A stretch of DNA of 63,588 nt, the filler included. It is 12 parts of 12 records of this genome, joined end to end, with 100 filler letters (N's around TTAATTAATTAA, not from the genome) between each part and the next. Parts side by side here need not be neighbours in the genome. Positions count along the whole stretch, not along the records: positions 33,218 to 37,644 come from SRR15195285_2925; positions 37,745 to 43,683 come from SRR15195285_2926; positions 43,784 to 47,057 come from SRR15195285_2927; 9 more parts are not named here. One strand, 5' to 3'. Below the pieces are notes generated by a model that was not told the origin of the DNA, ran no database searches, and saw only the letters and a program-made list of their open reading frames with translations. This document shows positions 33,218 through 44,563 of the stretch, piece after piece. The translations under genes and the position numbers were made by a program. Positions within the stretch are counted from its first letter, which is position 1; the number at the start of each line of letters is the position of its first letter.

Positions 33218-36200
33218 CGACCAGGTCCAGGTACATGTACACGTTGTGTTCTCGTCGTGCATGATCTACAAATGCTATCCCAGCGCCTTCGATTGCATCT
33301 CGGTCCTGTGCACAGATAATGCAGTGGCTAGAGACTTCGCGTCGCCTATCATCCACTGCCTCTCGATAATCATTTAGACCGTCGACCATCACCACAAGAA
33401 TCACGTTCGAGAAGAACAACACGAAGATGATGAAAAATGACAGGTCATAGATTAGCCGAAAGAACGTATAAGCAATATATCCAACATGTGACTCCGTCCC
33501 TAGTGGTGGACTTTCCACCATGACGTTGAGAAGTCCAAGCGTTACAGTATTGCCGATCTCCTGCCAGTCTTCATAGTAGTCATCAGTGTACTTGTGTGCA
33601 GAAGGTGGCTGTGAAACATCTGCGATACCGCCTCCTGACCGGAAACCGAAATTGAACACAAAGAACAACGTTTCGTACAAGCTTGTTGTCGCACTATACC
33701 CAGTACTTTCATCGATGAACGAACGAGGGAAAAACCAGAAGCCAAGCGCTGCATAGATGTACATCACAGCAAAACTTGCCACGGTGAGTGACAGTACTCG
33801 CAGGAAGTACGTCTTGCCTGAAGATACCGTAGCTTTCAGCTCAGTACTAAATCCACAGATATCTAGCATGTGAAAGCAGTACAAAAGTGGATTACCGGAG
33901 GTGAATCCGAGCACAGCTGTCACGACGAACAGTGTGCAGTAGATGACCTCTGGCGAAAGTATTATCTGCAAGAAGCACAAGATACTGCCCTTCAAACCTA
34001 ATGCCTGCCATGACATGCGTTTCACCACGTGAACGACCCCGAAACAATTAAGCTTTGTTCGTCCTGCGCGACCTCGATCCTCTTCAGTAAACATCCATGC
34101 ATACTCAGAGCGTCTGAAGTCACCGTTGTGAATCATTCGTGCCTCTTCTTTCTTAATAGTGGCCTCTGCTAGCAGTACGAGACGTCGGTCTTTCACAGCA
34201 ACAAATGCGGAAAACACGGACAGCAAAAGGGTTACGACTCCGAGGTAAAGCACAAGTGTGTGTGCCCATTCCTTGTCTTCGTGGAACAGATTGAGATTGC
34301 CATTGTCACTCCTTCGGCGATTGATCTTGTCTCGGTCTTCTGTGAAGAGTATAACGATGAGATTTATCGCTAGTACAAGAGCGAGGCGTCCTTTGTTTAT
34401 CGTGTTCAGATGCACAGTCATCCACATCATCGACGCTTGGAACACCCCAGGTGGAGCGTCAAGATCACGATTCCTACGCGCTAGCGCGAGCTGCACCAGC
34501 CAATATCTGGCGCTTGCATCCAGATTGTCATTTCGTTTGCGTTGTCCTGTAGTTTGTTTTGTACTGTAGTCCCAAATACCTGTTTGTTCATCTGTCCCGA
34601 GGATCGCATTCTGCCATTCTTTTCGGCGCATCGCTTCCAATCTATGCTCCAACCTCCCCGCCTTGCTCAAGCGTATTTGTGTCTCCTCAGAATCGTTAGA
34701 CATGAAATAGTAAGGCGCAATTTGTCCTCCCCTCTGAATTTCGACTCGATTGATTTTAAGCAGTTGCATCCCGTTGTTGTCCCAGCTACTTGGCTCCAAG
34801 TGATCTCGGTGATCCTGAGAAACTAGAGAAAGCAGCTCGTCCAGCAATGTCCAATACGAGACCATCGTGATCCGGCGGCGAGAGATGCTGCGCCCAACGT
34901 GGTCATGTAGATGCACCGTCTCGTCATCAGCATCATAGATAGACGGTCGGCTGAACTGATGGTGGTGTTTGGACTTGATGGCAACACCTTTGTGCTTCTC
35001 GATTTCTCCCAAGATGACGTGAAAACGCCACTGTGATAAGAGCGCGTGGTAAACTCGCTCCCCGGTCAAAGCCTCCCCGAGTGTGCCGGCAAACACAGCG
35101 TCACCTACACGTGAGAAGGACACACACGAACGAAGAAATTCAACAGCAACGTGCTCCAACAGCTCAACTTCAAATTCCTTTGAATCTCCTGCCAAATGCT
35201 CAATCTTGAGAAGGTCGGCGACAGAATTCGAGGCTGCGTCGCTGCGCGTGCGTAGACTTGATCTTGATTTGGACCGACTTATGCCCAACATGTCAATATG
35301 ACCGATGGAGGTCTCTTTCGCGAGCATACGTGCCACCAGCCCGCCAGCTTCGTATCCATTCTGTGGGATCTCTTTGGGTGCTCTAAACGAACCAAGTTGC
35401 ATTTGGTCTGCAAGTGAAGTTGATGAGCGCACTGAGAATGAACGCCTTATCAGCCCGTCAGTTGTGTCGGGCACCGCTACCTCACTGTTGATGCGCGCTT
35501 CTTGATAATTTCTCATCAGCACGTGCCGCGTTTGACACATCCTGACCAGTATCAATGCAACAGTGTCGTGCAGCGCTGTTCGCAGCACCACGTCACGGGC
35601 TTGCACGTTCGGTCCTTGGATGGTCTCTGTGACTGTAAGTAGTGCCTGCCGGTGCAGCAGAATACCTTCTGACTTTTCACCCATATGCGAGTGATGCAAA
35701 ACCTTTGTCTCCAAGCTTCCATTTGCAATAAAATCACATACTGATCTAAGCATTCCAGATTTGACAAGAATGTTCTGCCCGTCCACGCAGCCACCTTCAC
35801 AGCACAGCTGCAGAACGATCAATAGATCGTTCTGCATTGGCACACTCGGCACGAAAGCAGCGTGCTCGCGCTGCTCACTGACTGGACTGTTCTTGGTCAG
35901 GAATTTCGCAAACGACACGCTCTCAGCAGCACTTTGGCCGCTCTCACCTTGCGAGATCCACGGCTGCATTACAAAAAGATTCGCCACGAGCATCTGCGCC
36001 GCTTTGAAAGCAGCCATCGTGTGCCGATCGAGCAACCGCTGCAAAATTCTTTTCACTAGCTGTAGACACGCTTCGCAACAGTTCAACGCTGCCGACCGGA
36101 TAGTCCACATTGCAAAGTTGATGTCAATACTTGGAGGCACCAGCTCCCAACCACAGCTTCGAACTATACGTTTTAATCCATCGGAAACGTCGGCAGGCTC

Positions 36201-37469
36201 AACACACCAGTAAATGGTTGCGCATCCTTGGAGCTCTGAGGCCAACTTACGGATGCAACTATAGTCATCGTCCGCGTGGAGAGTAACTACGACACAGCCA
36301 ATGCTACCGAGTGCTTCCGCCTCGTTTGCACTCGTAGAAGATCTAACCTCTGCCAATGCCGCGGGTAGTGTCTTCACGATGGTCATGTGACCGTGGCCAT
36401 GGCTGTGGCCGTGGCCGTGGCCACTGATATGTTTGATGCTCAGCTCCCTGCAAATCTCATGGTCCGCTGAGCCAACGTAAAGCAGGCGTTGCCTGCGATC
36501 GTTCGTGATATTTTCTTGGTTTCCATCTGCTACCGTGGCGGCGTACCACATGCATGACTGCAAAATGGGCTGCAAGCTGTCAATGAGAACAGTGGCGTCT
36601 TCGTCTAGCTCAGGCTCGTCCTCCTCGTCGTCTGGCTCTGAGGCGGTCTCTGTCTCGCCATTCGCAGCGCTTGCAACGGATTCCGCAGCGTTTGCAACGG
36701 ATTCCACCGTTGCCTGCAGAGGTCGGTTGATGACAGACTTTGTCAATTCGAACGTGTGCCGTGACGTGTCGTTCAGGAACTGGGCTACCGCCATCCCAGT
36801 CTGGGTCACGGTGTTGGAGGCGACCAGCTGGATGTTAGCAATGTAAGAATTCTCCTCCGCTCGCCGCCGGCGCTGTGCAAACTTCATGGTTGCATTTCGG
36901 GCCTCCTTGTCCACATCTTCCCAGCTGAAATATCGCCCCATCGCCTCCTCTGCCTTGCCGGCCAGCTCATGCACGGATCGTTGCTGCCTCACGGTTTTCA
37001 GGAAGTGAAGGGATCGATTTCTGGTAACTTGGCGCAATTTGTCCTCCTGTGCTACGTGCTGAGCGCCCTTGGAACGCAGCCGGCTTCCCTGGTACATGCG
37101 GATCTCCCACCCGTTGCCGAGCACACCTGCACCTGCAGCAGCCCTAGCTTCCAGCTCTGTCGAAAGTGTGACGAGAGCCCAGGTTGTGCTTTTGCTCTCC
37201 TCGACACCGCGCAGGGTGACGTTCTCAACGCTTCCAAATTGCGACATCGCCGTGCGCACAGCGTCGTTCGATGCATCCGCCACGCCGATCTTGCCCACCC
37301 AGACTTCCCGTTTGCGCATGTCCGCGCTAGTTGGCGTGGGAATCTGGGATAGTGGCGCGAGTACGTGTGCCGGATTCCGGCTGTCCGGAGCGGGCAGCTC
37401 CCTAGCGTCGTCGGAGCTAGTCCGGATCGACAGCGGCTGCTGCTCCTCCACTGCGCCCGGCAGCTCCAT
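33218..37469 (-). CDS. IP3-receptor/ryanodine-receptor-like Ca2+ release channel, minimal form with N-terminal RRM-like domain; extreme C-terminus cut by contig end
   Basis: RIH-associated motifs 'LQLCCEG..QNIL' and 'TETIQGP'; about 6 TM helices; pore 'GFRSGGGIADV'; 'RLIYDLSFFIIFVLFFSNVIL..DGL'; zinc finger 'CIIC..FVDHARREHNVYMYL'. Confidence 0.85.
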
Positions 37470-37744
37470 CTCTAGCCAGCCAGGACAGCGCTCAGCTCAG
37501 CTCAACTCTCGAGATTCCTGTGTGCATCTACCTCGGCGCTCGCAGCACTCCAGCAGCAGTGGTGACGGCAGCAGCCTGACGCATTCGTGGAGAATCTGGG
37601 CGAATTTGCGCAGAACTCCAGCAGCAGCAGCAGCAGCAGCAGCANNNNNNNNNNNNNNNNNNNNNNNNNNNNNNNNNNNNNNNNNNNNTTAATTAATTAA
37701 NNNNNNNNNNNNNNNNNNNNNNNNNNNNNNNNNNNNNNNNNNNN

Positions 37745-40418
37745 CATCGCGCAGCAAGAAGCTACTCGAATGAACGAGGAAGAGGCGGCTTCTCGTGCTC
37801 TATGGGACTCGTTTAATTTGCGCTACGACCTGAAGGACCGTTGGCTCGGACTGTCTCAAAGTGGCCGTCGCAAAGCGCTGGCTTTTCTGATGCAGATCGA
37901 ACGCGAAGAAGAGGCTGACAAGGAGTCCGGGGACGCACGTACTCGCTTAGTCACAGAAATCTCAGAAAAGGAGCCGGATCCAATTTATACAAGAACGTAT
38001 CGGCAGCAATTATTGAGCTCAATGCTTGCTAGCATCCCCATGCTAGGTGATCATTCTGCAGTGTCAAGCCTAGCACGCGATTTGCAGACCCACTTGCGGT
38101 TGGTCAAGAGACGCAATCATGACCGCGTGATTCATGGAGAGTCTGCAGCATACGATATGTGGTTTGTTGCAGCGGGCGAGCTTCGACAGGCGACCCGTGA
38201 TAGCGCTGCGGAGCGGATTCTGCAAGCAGGCTGTTGGCATGGTGAATCTGCATTGTTCATAGGCAAATTGTCCAGCGTGTCGTTTGATGCCCAGGGTGAT
38301 GTTGTAATGTATCGGTTGTCTCGACCGGACTTTTTGGCCGTGCTGATGCGATACCCTGAGCTTGAGAAGATCGTTGAGCAGTTGACAGCGGAGATGTTCG
38401 AAGCTGAGACTACGAATTCTACACCAGATCAACGCCAGCTGACTGCGGCAGAACGAGCTGAGCTTGGCATTACCACCGAATTCATCGATCAGGTCCCGAT
38501 GTTTCATGGTCTCACAGATCCACTGTGCGTCAACGCCCTTGCAGCTAGGCTTACACAGACTACGATTGCAGCGAACACTGTGGTTTGTGAAAAGGGACAA
38601 ATCGGCCAGGAAATGTATTTCGTACGGGAAGGTTTTGTGGAAATGCTTCCCGCGTTAGATCAACCCGCTTTTGGCCAAAAAGGGCCAGGGTCTTTCTTCG
38701 GTGAGATGGCCTTGCTGAACTCTGAACCTCGCAACGCATACTGCCGATGTCTCACGGAAATGAGCGGATATGTGCTAACAAAGTCAGACTTGCAACATGT
38801 TTTGATTGAGTTCCCGGCTATGGAAGCGATGGTACGCCGACCCTTGATGGAAAGAGAAACTGAACGAGCGCGTGTACTCGGTGAGATGATGGCAGCCACG
38901 GCTACCACTATGAGTCGCAAAGAACAGCGCCAGCAAGCTGCTAATACTTTGCAGCGTGCGGGCAAACGGTTTGTCGAGCGCAAGCTAGAGCAGCGAGCGC
39001 AGCGTGAGGCGGAGCTTGAAGCATTGCGGCTGTCCGAGTGCGTGCAACAAGTGCACGTTCCTTCCGTACCCCTGTTCAAACATTTTGATTTATTCAACTT
39101 GATGTTGTGTATCGCAGAGACATGGGTATCGGGCTTGATAACTGGGAACAAGTGGCTGAAATGCGCGCAGCATGCCGAGAACTGACATTTGGAGATGAAC
39201 AGGGGCGAGAGAATGAAGTTTGGTTGGACTACAATGCAGACTTGGTGAGTCGTGGGAGTGATGTCTGTGCATCGAGTGTGCATTTTTGCGTAGTCGCTGT
39301 GGCGGTGTATCTAACGATGTGCTGCCGACCCAACGCGTCAGTTGGCTTGGGAAGAAGAGCAACGGCGCAGGCGCGCACAGAACAAGGAGAAACTGGCAGA
39401 AGCAATGCCAGCTATGGTGAGCAACACAATTGCTCACCCTTATCAATTTTTGTGGTATATGCTTGCAGTGTTGATTGAGAAAATTGTGCCTGTGTTTGCT
39501 GGTCTCGTAGGTATGTCCTGCCAACGCAACATTGGAAGAGAAGATCGCTTTTAAGAAGATGCAGAAACAGATGGAAGCTATGGCGCAGATGGTAATCCAA
39601 AACACTTCAGCACTCAGCTGCAAGAGGGCGCGAAGAAAGCCCTAGAGAGAAAAGCTTGTGACATCCGAATAGGTTGAATTCACTATGCACGTTGTGGGGC
39701 GCATGCATATCAGGCGGAGGATGAGGAACTTGGTGAGCTTGGCATAGAGGAAGTGAAGGACATCCGAGAGTTCATCCGAGAAGTGCCACTTTTCCAAGGA
39801 ATGCTGCAAGCGGAGGAAGTGGAGGGCGAGTGGGGATTCATCGAAGGCACGTGCCCTTCCTTCAGCATATTATTATTCTCTGCGCGTTTCTCAAGCCGTC
39901 TAAACTGACCGATTGTCTGATGACCATGATCATGGCGAAACGCACAGCCCTGGAAGCGAAGCTCAAGCCCACAAGTTACCCAGCTGGGGCGCACGTCATC
40001 CAACAGGGAGATGTGGCCTCTGCGATGTACGTGATCGCAAGTGGTGTTGCTGAAGTCGGGAACGAAGACCTCACGGTCATGTACGGCGTTAAGCAAGAAG
40101 GTATGCAAGCGGTAGCTCCTGCGCCTCCGCCCCACTTGCGCAACACGTTGTTTTTGCCAATCTCATTTTGTGCAACATTTGCGCGTGGTGGGTTGACGAT
40201 TGCATTGGCTCCGCGTGTCTGTATGCGCAACCTCAGGAGAGTTTTTCGGCGAGTTGGCTCTCATTACCAACGACCGCCGCAGTGCCACAGTCCGGGCAAG
40301 CCTTGCAGGTCCCCTTGAGGTGTTTACACTTTTCAAGCACGACTTCGTCGATGTCATCGAGTCTTTTCCCAAACTAAAGGAAGTCATTAGCCAGGTTTCC
40401 GAGGCATACGACGCATAA
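37745..40418 (+). CDS. Multi cyclic-nucleotide-binding domain protein (at least 3 CNB domains), multi-exon, probably 5'-truncated
   Basis: 'EMYFVREGFVE..GSFFGEMALLNSEPRNAYC', 'IQQGDVASAMYVIASGVAEV..|GEFFGELALITNDRRSATVRA', plus a degenerate first copy 'GCWHGESALF'. Confidence 0.8.
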
Positions 40419-40641
40419 CACGTCTAACCCAGTACCAGGTAGGACCGCTGAGTGAAAATGATGGAGTGGCCATAACTACAATAATATGCACTAATGATAA
40501 GGAATTGATATTTTGCCTGATATTTCGCCTGACCGGTCTGGATTTTCGCCGGATCGCTTGCGGCGAGTCCTCTTCTCGCGAAGTACCCCTTTCTATCCAA
40601 TTTCTTGAATCCAGCTAGATGGCCGGGCATTGGTTTCAAAC

Positions 40642-43600
40642 CTAATTTGGCCGCCTGGGCGAAGGTCGAGAAGGCGGCGCTCGCACAGGCGGGGCACCGC
40701 CACCCGGCGACGCCCGACTGGGAGTGGACGGCGGAGAGCGCTTCGGAGCTCCCGGTGAAGCTGGCGGAGCCCGCTTTGGAACCGGTCGTGATGGCGCCCC
40801 GCCTGCCCGAGGTGCTGGCCGTTTCGGAGCCCCACCCGGAGACCTCGCCGGAGGAGCACGACGCGGCGGCGGCTTCTTTGGAGCAGCGCGAGGCGGTGGA
40901 CGCTTCGGGGCGCCTCTCTTGGGCGGCTTCCTGCCAGGTGTTGAAGGCGGCTTCCGCCCGGGGACAGATGGCGAGGGCTTGCTGGGCGGACGCCTGGATG
41001 GTGTCGAAGGCTTCCCACCGGGCGAGCCGCCGCCAGGGACACGGGGCGGTGGAACAGCTGGCTTCGCCCGTCCACCGGACATCATTGGAGGCGGAACACC
41101 TTCCGTTGACTCGAGGAACATTGCGCTGCGTAGGCACGCAACAGCAGAACAGAGGGCTCTTAGTCAGCCAGTAGCCCTAGCATACACACATTGGGCGCGT
41201 GTCTGCCGCGTTGTGTCGTGCTATGCGCATGCGTGGCGTGTGTGCGGGCCCCGGGGCTTTCAGTGATTACCGTTTTTTCTGCTGCTGCCTCTTCCTTCGC
41301 TCCACGACCTCATCGTCTTCCAGCTGCTCCTCAAGTTCCTGCTCTATCATGCGTCGCGTACTCGAGCCACGATATGCGGCTTGAATGCGGATCGCCGCCG
41401 CGTTCTCCAAAATCTCAAGCTGTGGCGATCGCATCGCAGCCAGTCAGTGTCGGCAAACCGTTCAGACGTGGCTTGTGGCGTCCGAGACACGTTCTTGGTT
41501 CAGCAGGACAAGACAGAACAGGCCAGGGAAAGCGGCACAGCACGAGACACACCTCTGCGATTTCATCTTCTCTGGTGCGCGCGGGCATTGATGGCAGGTC
41601 GTACGAAATTTCGCCGGTGATGGAGTTTAAGTAGTACACTCGACCAGTCTGTTGGCTCGTGGCCATGTCCCAGCCATCTGGCAGAGCTGGTGCGCTGGGG
41701 AACTCAGTCTGAGACTCGCCTGTCACGACGTTGACATAAAATTTCTGGTTGGTAGAGCGTGATGTCGCTGTGTCCCAGCCTGGGGGCAACGGTTTGTCTT
41801 TGCTGACCGTGCGTCGCGGTCCACCGACGGCTGCAGCGTGGCTTTCGTCTTCCATCCCGTCTGCTGGACCGTCCGGAAACTCGAATTGCGTGTCGCCAGA
41901 GACGGAATTGACGTAGTACTTTTCCCCAGTCGTGGTGGAGAGCGCCGCTGTCCAGCCAGGTGGGAGCGCTTCCATGGCAGGGAACTCGTACTGCGATTCG
42001 CGAGTCCAGCGGTTGATGTAGTACACTTTGCCTGTGTTCTTCGAACGCGCTGTCTCCCAACCCTGCGGCACTTCGCTCAGCGGTGCAACTCCACCGCCGA
42101 TGTCCGGGGCATCCAAATCGCCGTCGATTGCAGGAGCACCGAGCACTGGGGGAGCGTCGCCACTGCTATCTTCCGCTACTTCGCCATCCCGGCCGACCGC
42201 AGGCTCCAACGGCCGATCGTCTACCTGCTCGTCTGTTAGGGTGTTGAGGTACGTCACCTTTCCGGTTGTGCGCGACTCTATCCGTTCCCACCCGGCGGGT
42301 AGATCGCCACCGTCATCCGCCTCCTCCTCTGGGAAAGTGAACTGTGACTCCCCCGTACGCTGGTTGAGGTAGTAAACCTCCCCAGTCTCGTTAGACACAG
42401 CTGTCTCCCAGCCGGAGGGCAGCTCCCTCTTTTCCAGTTTCTCGCCATCGATGTCACCAGGCCCTCCGCCTTCGCCGTCGGCACCGCCAATAGTCGACAT
42501 AGATCCGTCAGGCTTCCCTCCCAGGTGTTCCCAAAGCAGCTTGAAGTTCGGGCCGAAGTGGATCCCTGCACGTCCGTCGGAGTCTTCGCCGTACAGCTGC
42601 AGGACGCCTTCTACGTACTCGTCGCGGACTTCATAACCCATCGCTCGGATGAGTGCATTGACATCCTCTTTGTCGAGGAAGCCCTTCTTGCCCATGTCCG
42701 CATGCTCGAATATCTCTCCAAGCGGGTCGGAGTCTTTCGTCATCGGCCTATCCCACTGCGTTTCGCCGGTCTCGGTGTTGAAGAAGTAAGTCTCGCCGGT
42801 GGAGCCAGACACCTTGCACTTCCAGCCCGCAGGTAGGCCTGACTCTGCGGCCGCTGCGACCACCTCCGCAGCTGTCTGCGTTGGACGGTCCCAAGTGCGC
42901 TCGTCGTTGAGCGTGTTGATGTAGTACGTCTCACCGGTGGTGGTAGATGTTCCCACCTCCCAGCCCTCCGGAATTTCACCGTCGTCCTCGTTCTCGTCTG
43001 AAAGAATCTCTTCGCCGTCTTCGCCGTCGGAAGGCAGCTCTTCGCCGCTTCCGTCAGAGACAATCTCGTCATCAGAATCTGAAGCTTCCTCTTCTCTGTC
43101 CGCGGGCAATGTCGGCCGCTCCCACTGCGTGTTGCCGTTGTGCTGGTTGACAAAGTATGTCTCGCCCTTTTCGTCCTGGTCCTCTGTCCAGCCGTCCGGC
43201 AACGCCGCCCGCGCCGCGGTGTCGATAGCCTGGTAGGATGCTTCTCCGTCGCCGCCGGGCCCGACATCGATGGTCAGCTCCTGGGGGTGCCAGTCCCCGC
43301 CGCGCATCCAGTGCCACAGGTTTGATCCGGCTGGCGTGTCGCTGCAGCTGCAGTACGCGGAGCACGACTTGGACGTTGGGTCGAACACGCTCCGGAGCAG
43401 CCACAGGCCCTGCGGGCCCCAGTACAGGTGCAGGCCACCCGCGGTGCCGTCGTCGCAGGACCAGTGGGGCCGGCCGTTGGCCTGTCCGACCAGCTCGTAG
43501 TCGCCGTCGAACTTGCTGACCAGGCACTGGGCGAAGCGGAGGCTGCACGGCGACAGCTCCTCCTCCGGCGGGCCAGGGTCCACGCGCAGCACCGAGGGGA

Positions 43601-43683
43601 CCCACGAGGTTGTGGTGGACCACTGGAAGTCGTTGTCGCCCATGAACAGGTCCTCCTCGTCGCAGAACGCGCTGGCGGTCGGG
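40642..43683 (-). CDS. 5'-truncated scaffold with nine WW domains, EF-hand pair, IQ motif and Pro/Arg-rich tail; 3 exons visible
   Basis: Nine 'LPxGW..TGxxYYxN..G' repeats; EF-like 'DMGKKGFLDKED'; hidden exon (~41420-41271) 'AAAIRIQAAYRGSSTRR'; CG|GTAATC..CAG|C joins in frame to the Pro-rich ORF 40642-41121. Confidence 0.85.
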
Positions 43684-43783
43684 NNNNNNNNNNNNNNNNN
43701 NNNNNNNNNNNNNNNNNNNNNNNNNNNTTAATTAATTAANNNNNNNNNNNNNNNNNNNNNNNNNNNNNNNNNNNNNNNNNNNN

Positions 43784-43838
43784 CTGATACTGATACTGAT
43801 ACTGATACTGCTACTGATACTGCTACTGATACTGCTAC
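43784..43838. repeat. (CTGATA/CTGCTA)n hexanucleotide microsatellite at contig start
   Basis: Visible tandem repeat. Confidence 0.9.
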
Positions 43839-44563
43839 TTCTTCCGCGCCTTCTTCCGCTCGGGTGGTGGCGCCTTCTGGTTTTCCTTACGTCTAAGAGC
43901 TCGAGAGGTGGTGGGTGGTCGTCGGATGTGATGACGTACTTTTTTGATTTGGTCCAAGGCGCGTAGTGGATCGGTGGAGCCGCTAGCAGCGCTAACGCAG
44001 CTCGCACGCGCATACACGGTCTTGCTGCCTGAGAGGAGGTTCGAAATTCCGTCCTGGCGGTTCCTAATGTGGCATCAGTATTGTAATTCCTTACGACCTG
44101 TATGACCCATTCTGAGCGGAGACTTTCCCAGCCGTGGACAGACACAGCTTCGAAGATTTTTCTGAGAAGTTCGCGAAGGTGTACGTCCTACTTCCTTGTC
44201 ATGTATAGCGTTCGAGATGTTCCCACAACACTTATTGTTAACTCGTTGGTCTATGTCTAGACTTGCTGTGATAAATGCATTTGTATTCGAACACATGAAT
44301 ATGTGCAGGAAACTCTATGGGCCGTAGTCTGCAGAGTCACTGTCGCTACCCGCTGTGTGTCGTTTGTGCCGCGGTTCGTTTTCCAGGTGCGTTTCAGGCG
44401 TTTGCAGTACGTCATAAGGTGCATACAGCCGCGCATCTAATGCTGGAAACGACACGCTGGGCGATTGTGTGCAGAGCTCATGCTACCATCACGACTGTAC
44501 GAGCGACACAGTATGTTGGTGTCCGCAGCTTGCAGAAATCCGCGGTGGCTGATGTCGATAGTG

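Noticed and set aside
36660-36710. 21-bp tandem duplication (AESVANA/AESVASA) in the channel gene
   Set aside because: In-frame slippage in a disordered linker; two copies only, not CRISPR-like.
43840-44320. AT-richer non-coding stretch next to a microsatellite, possible transposon remnant
   Set aside because: No terminal repeats or transposase motifs recognisable.
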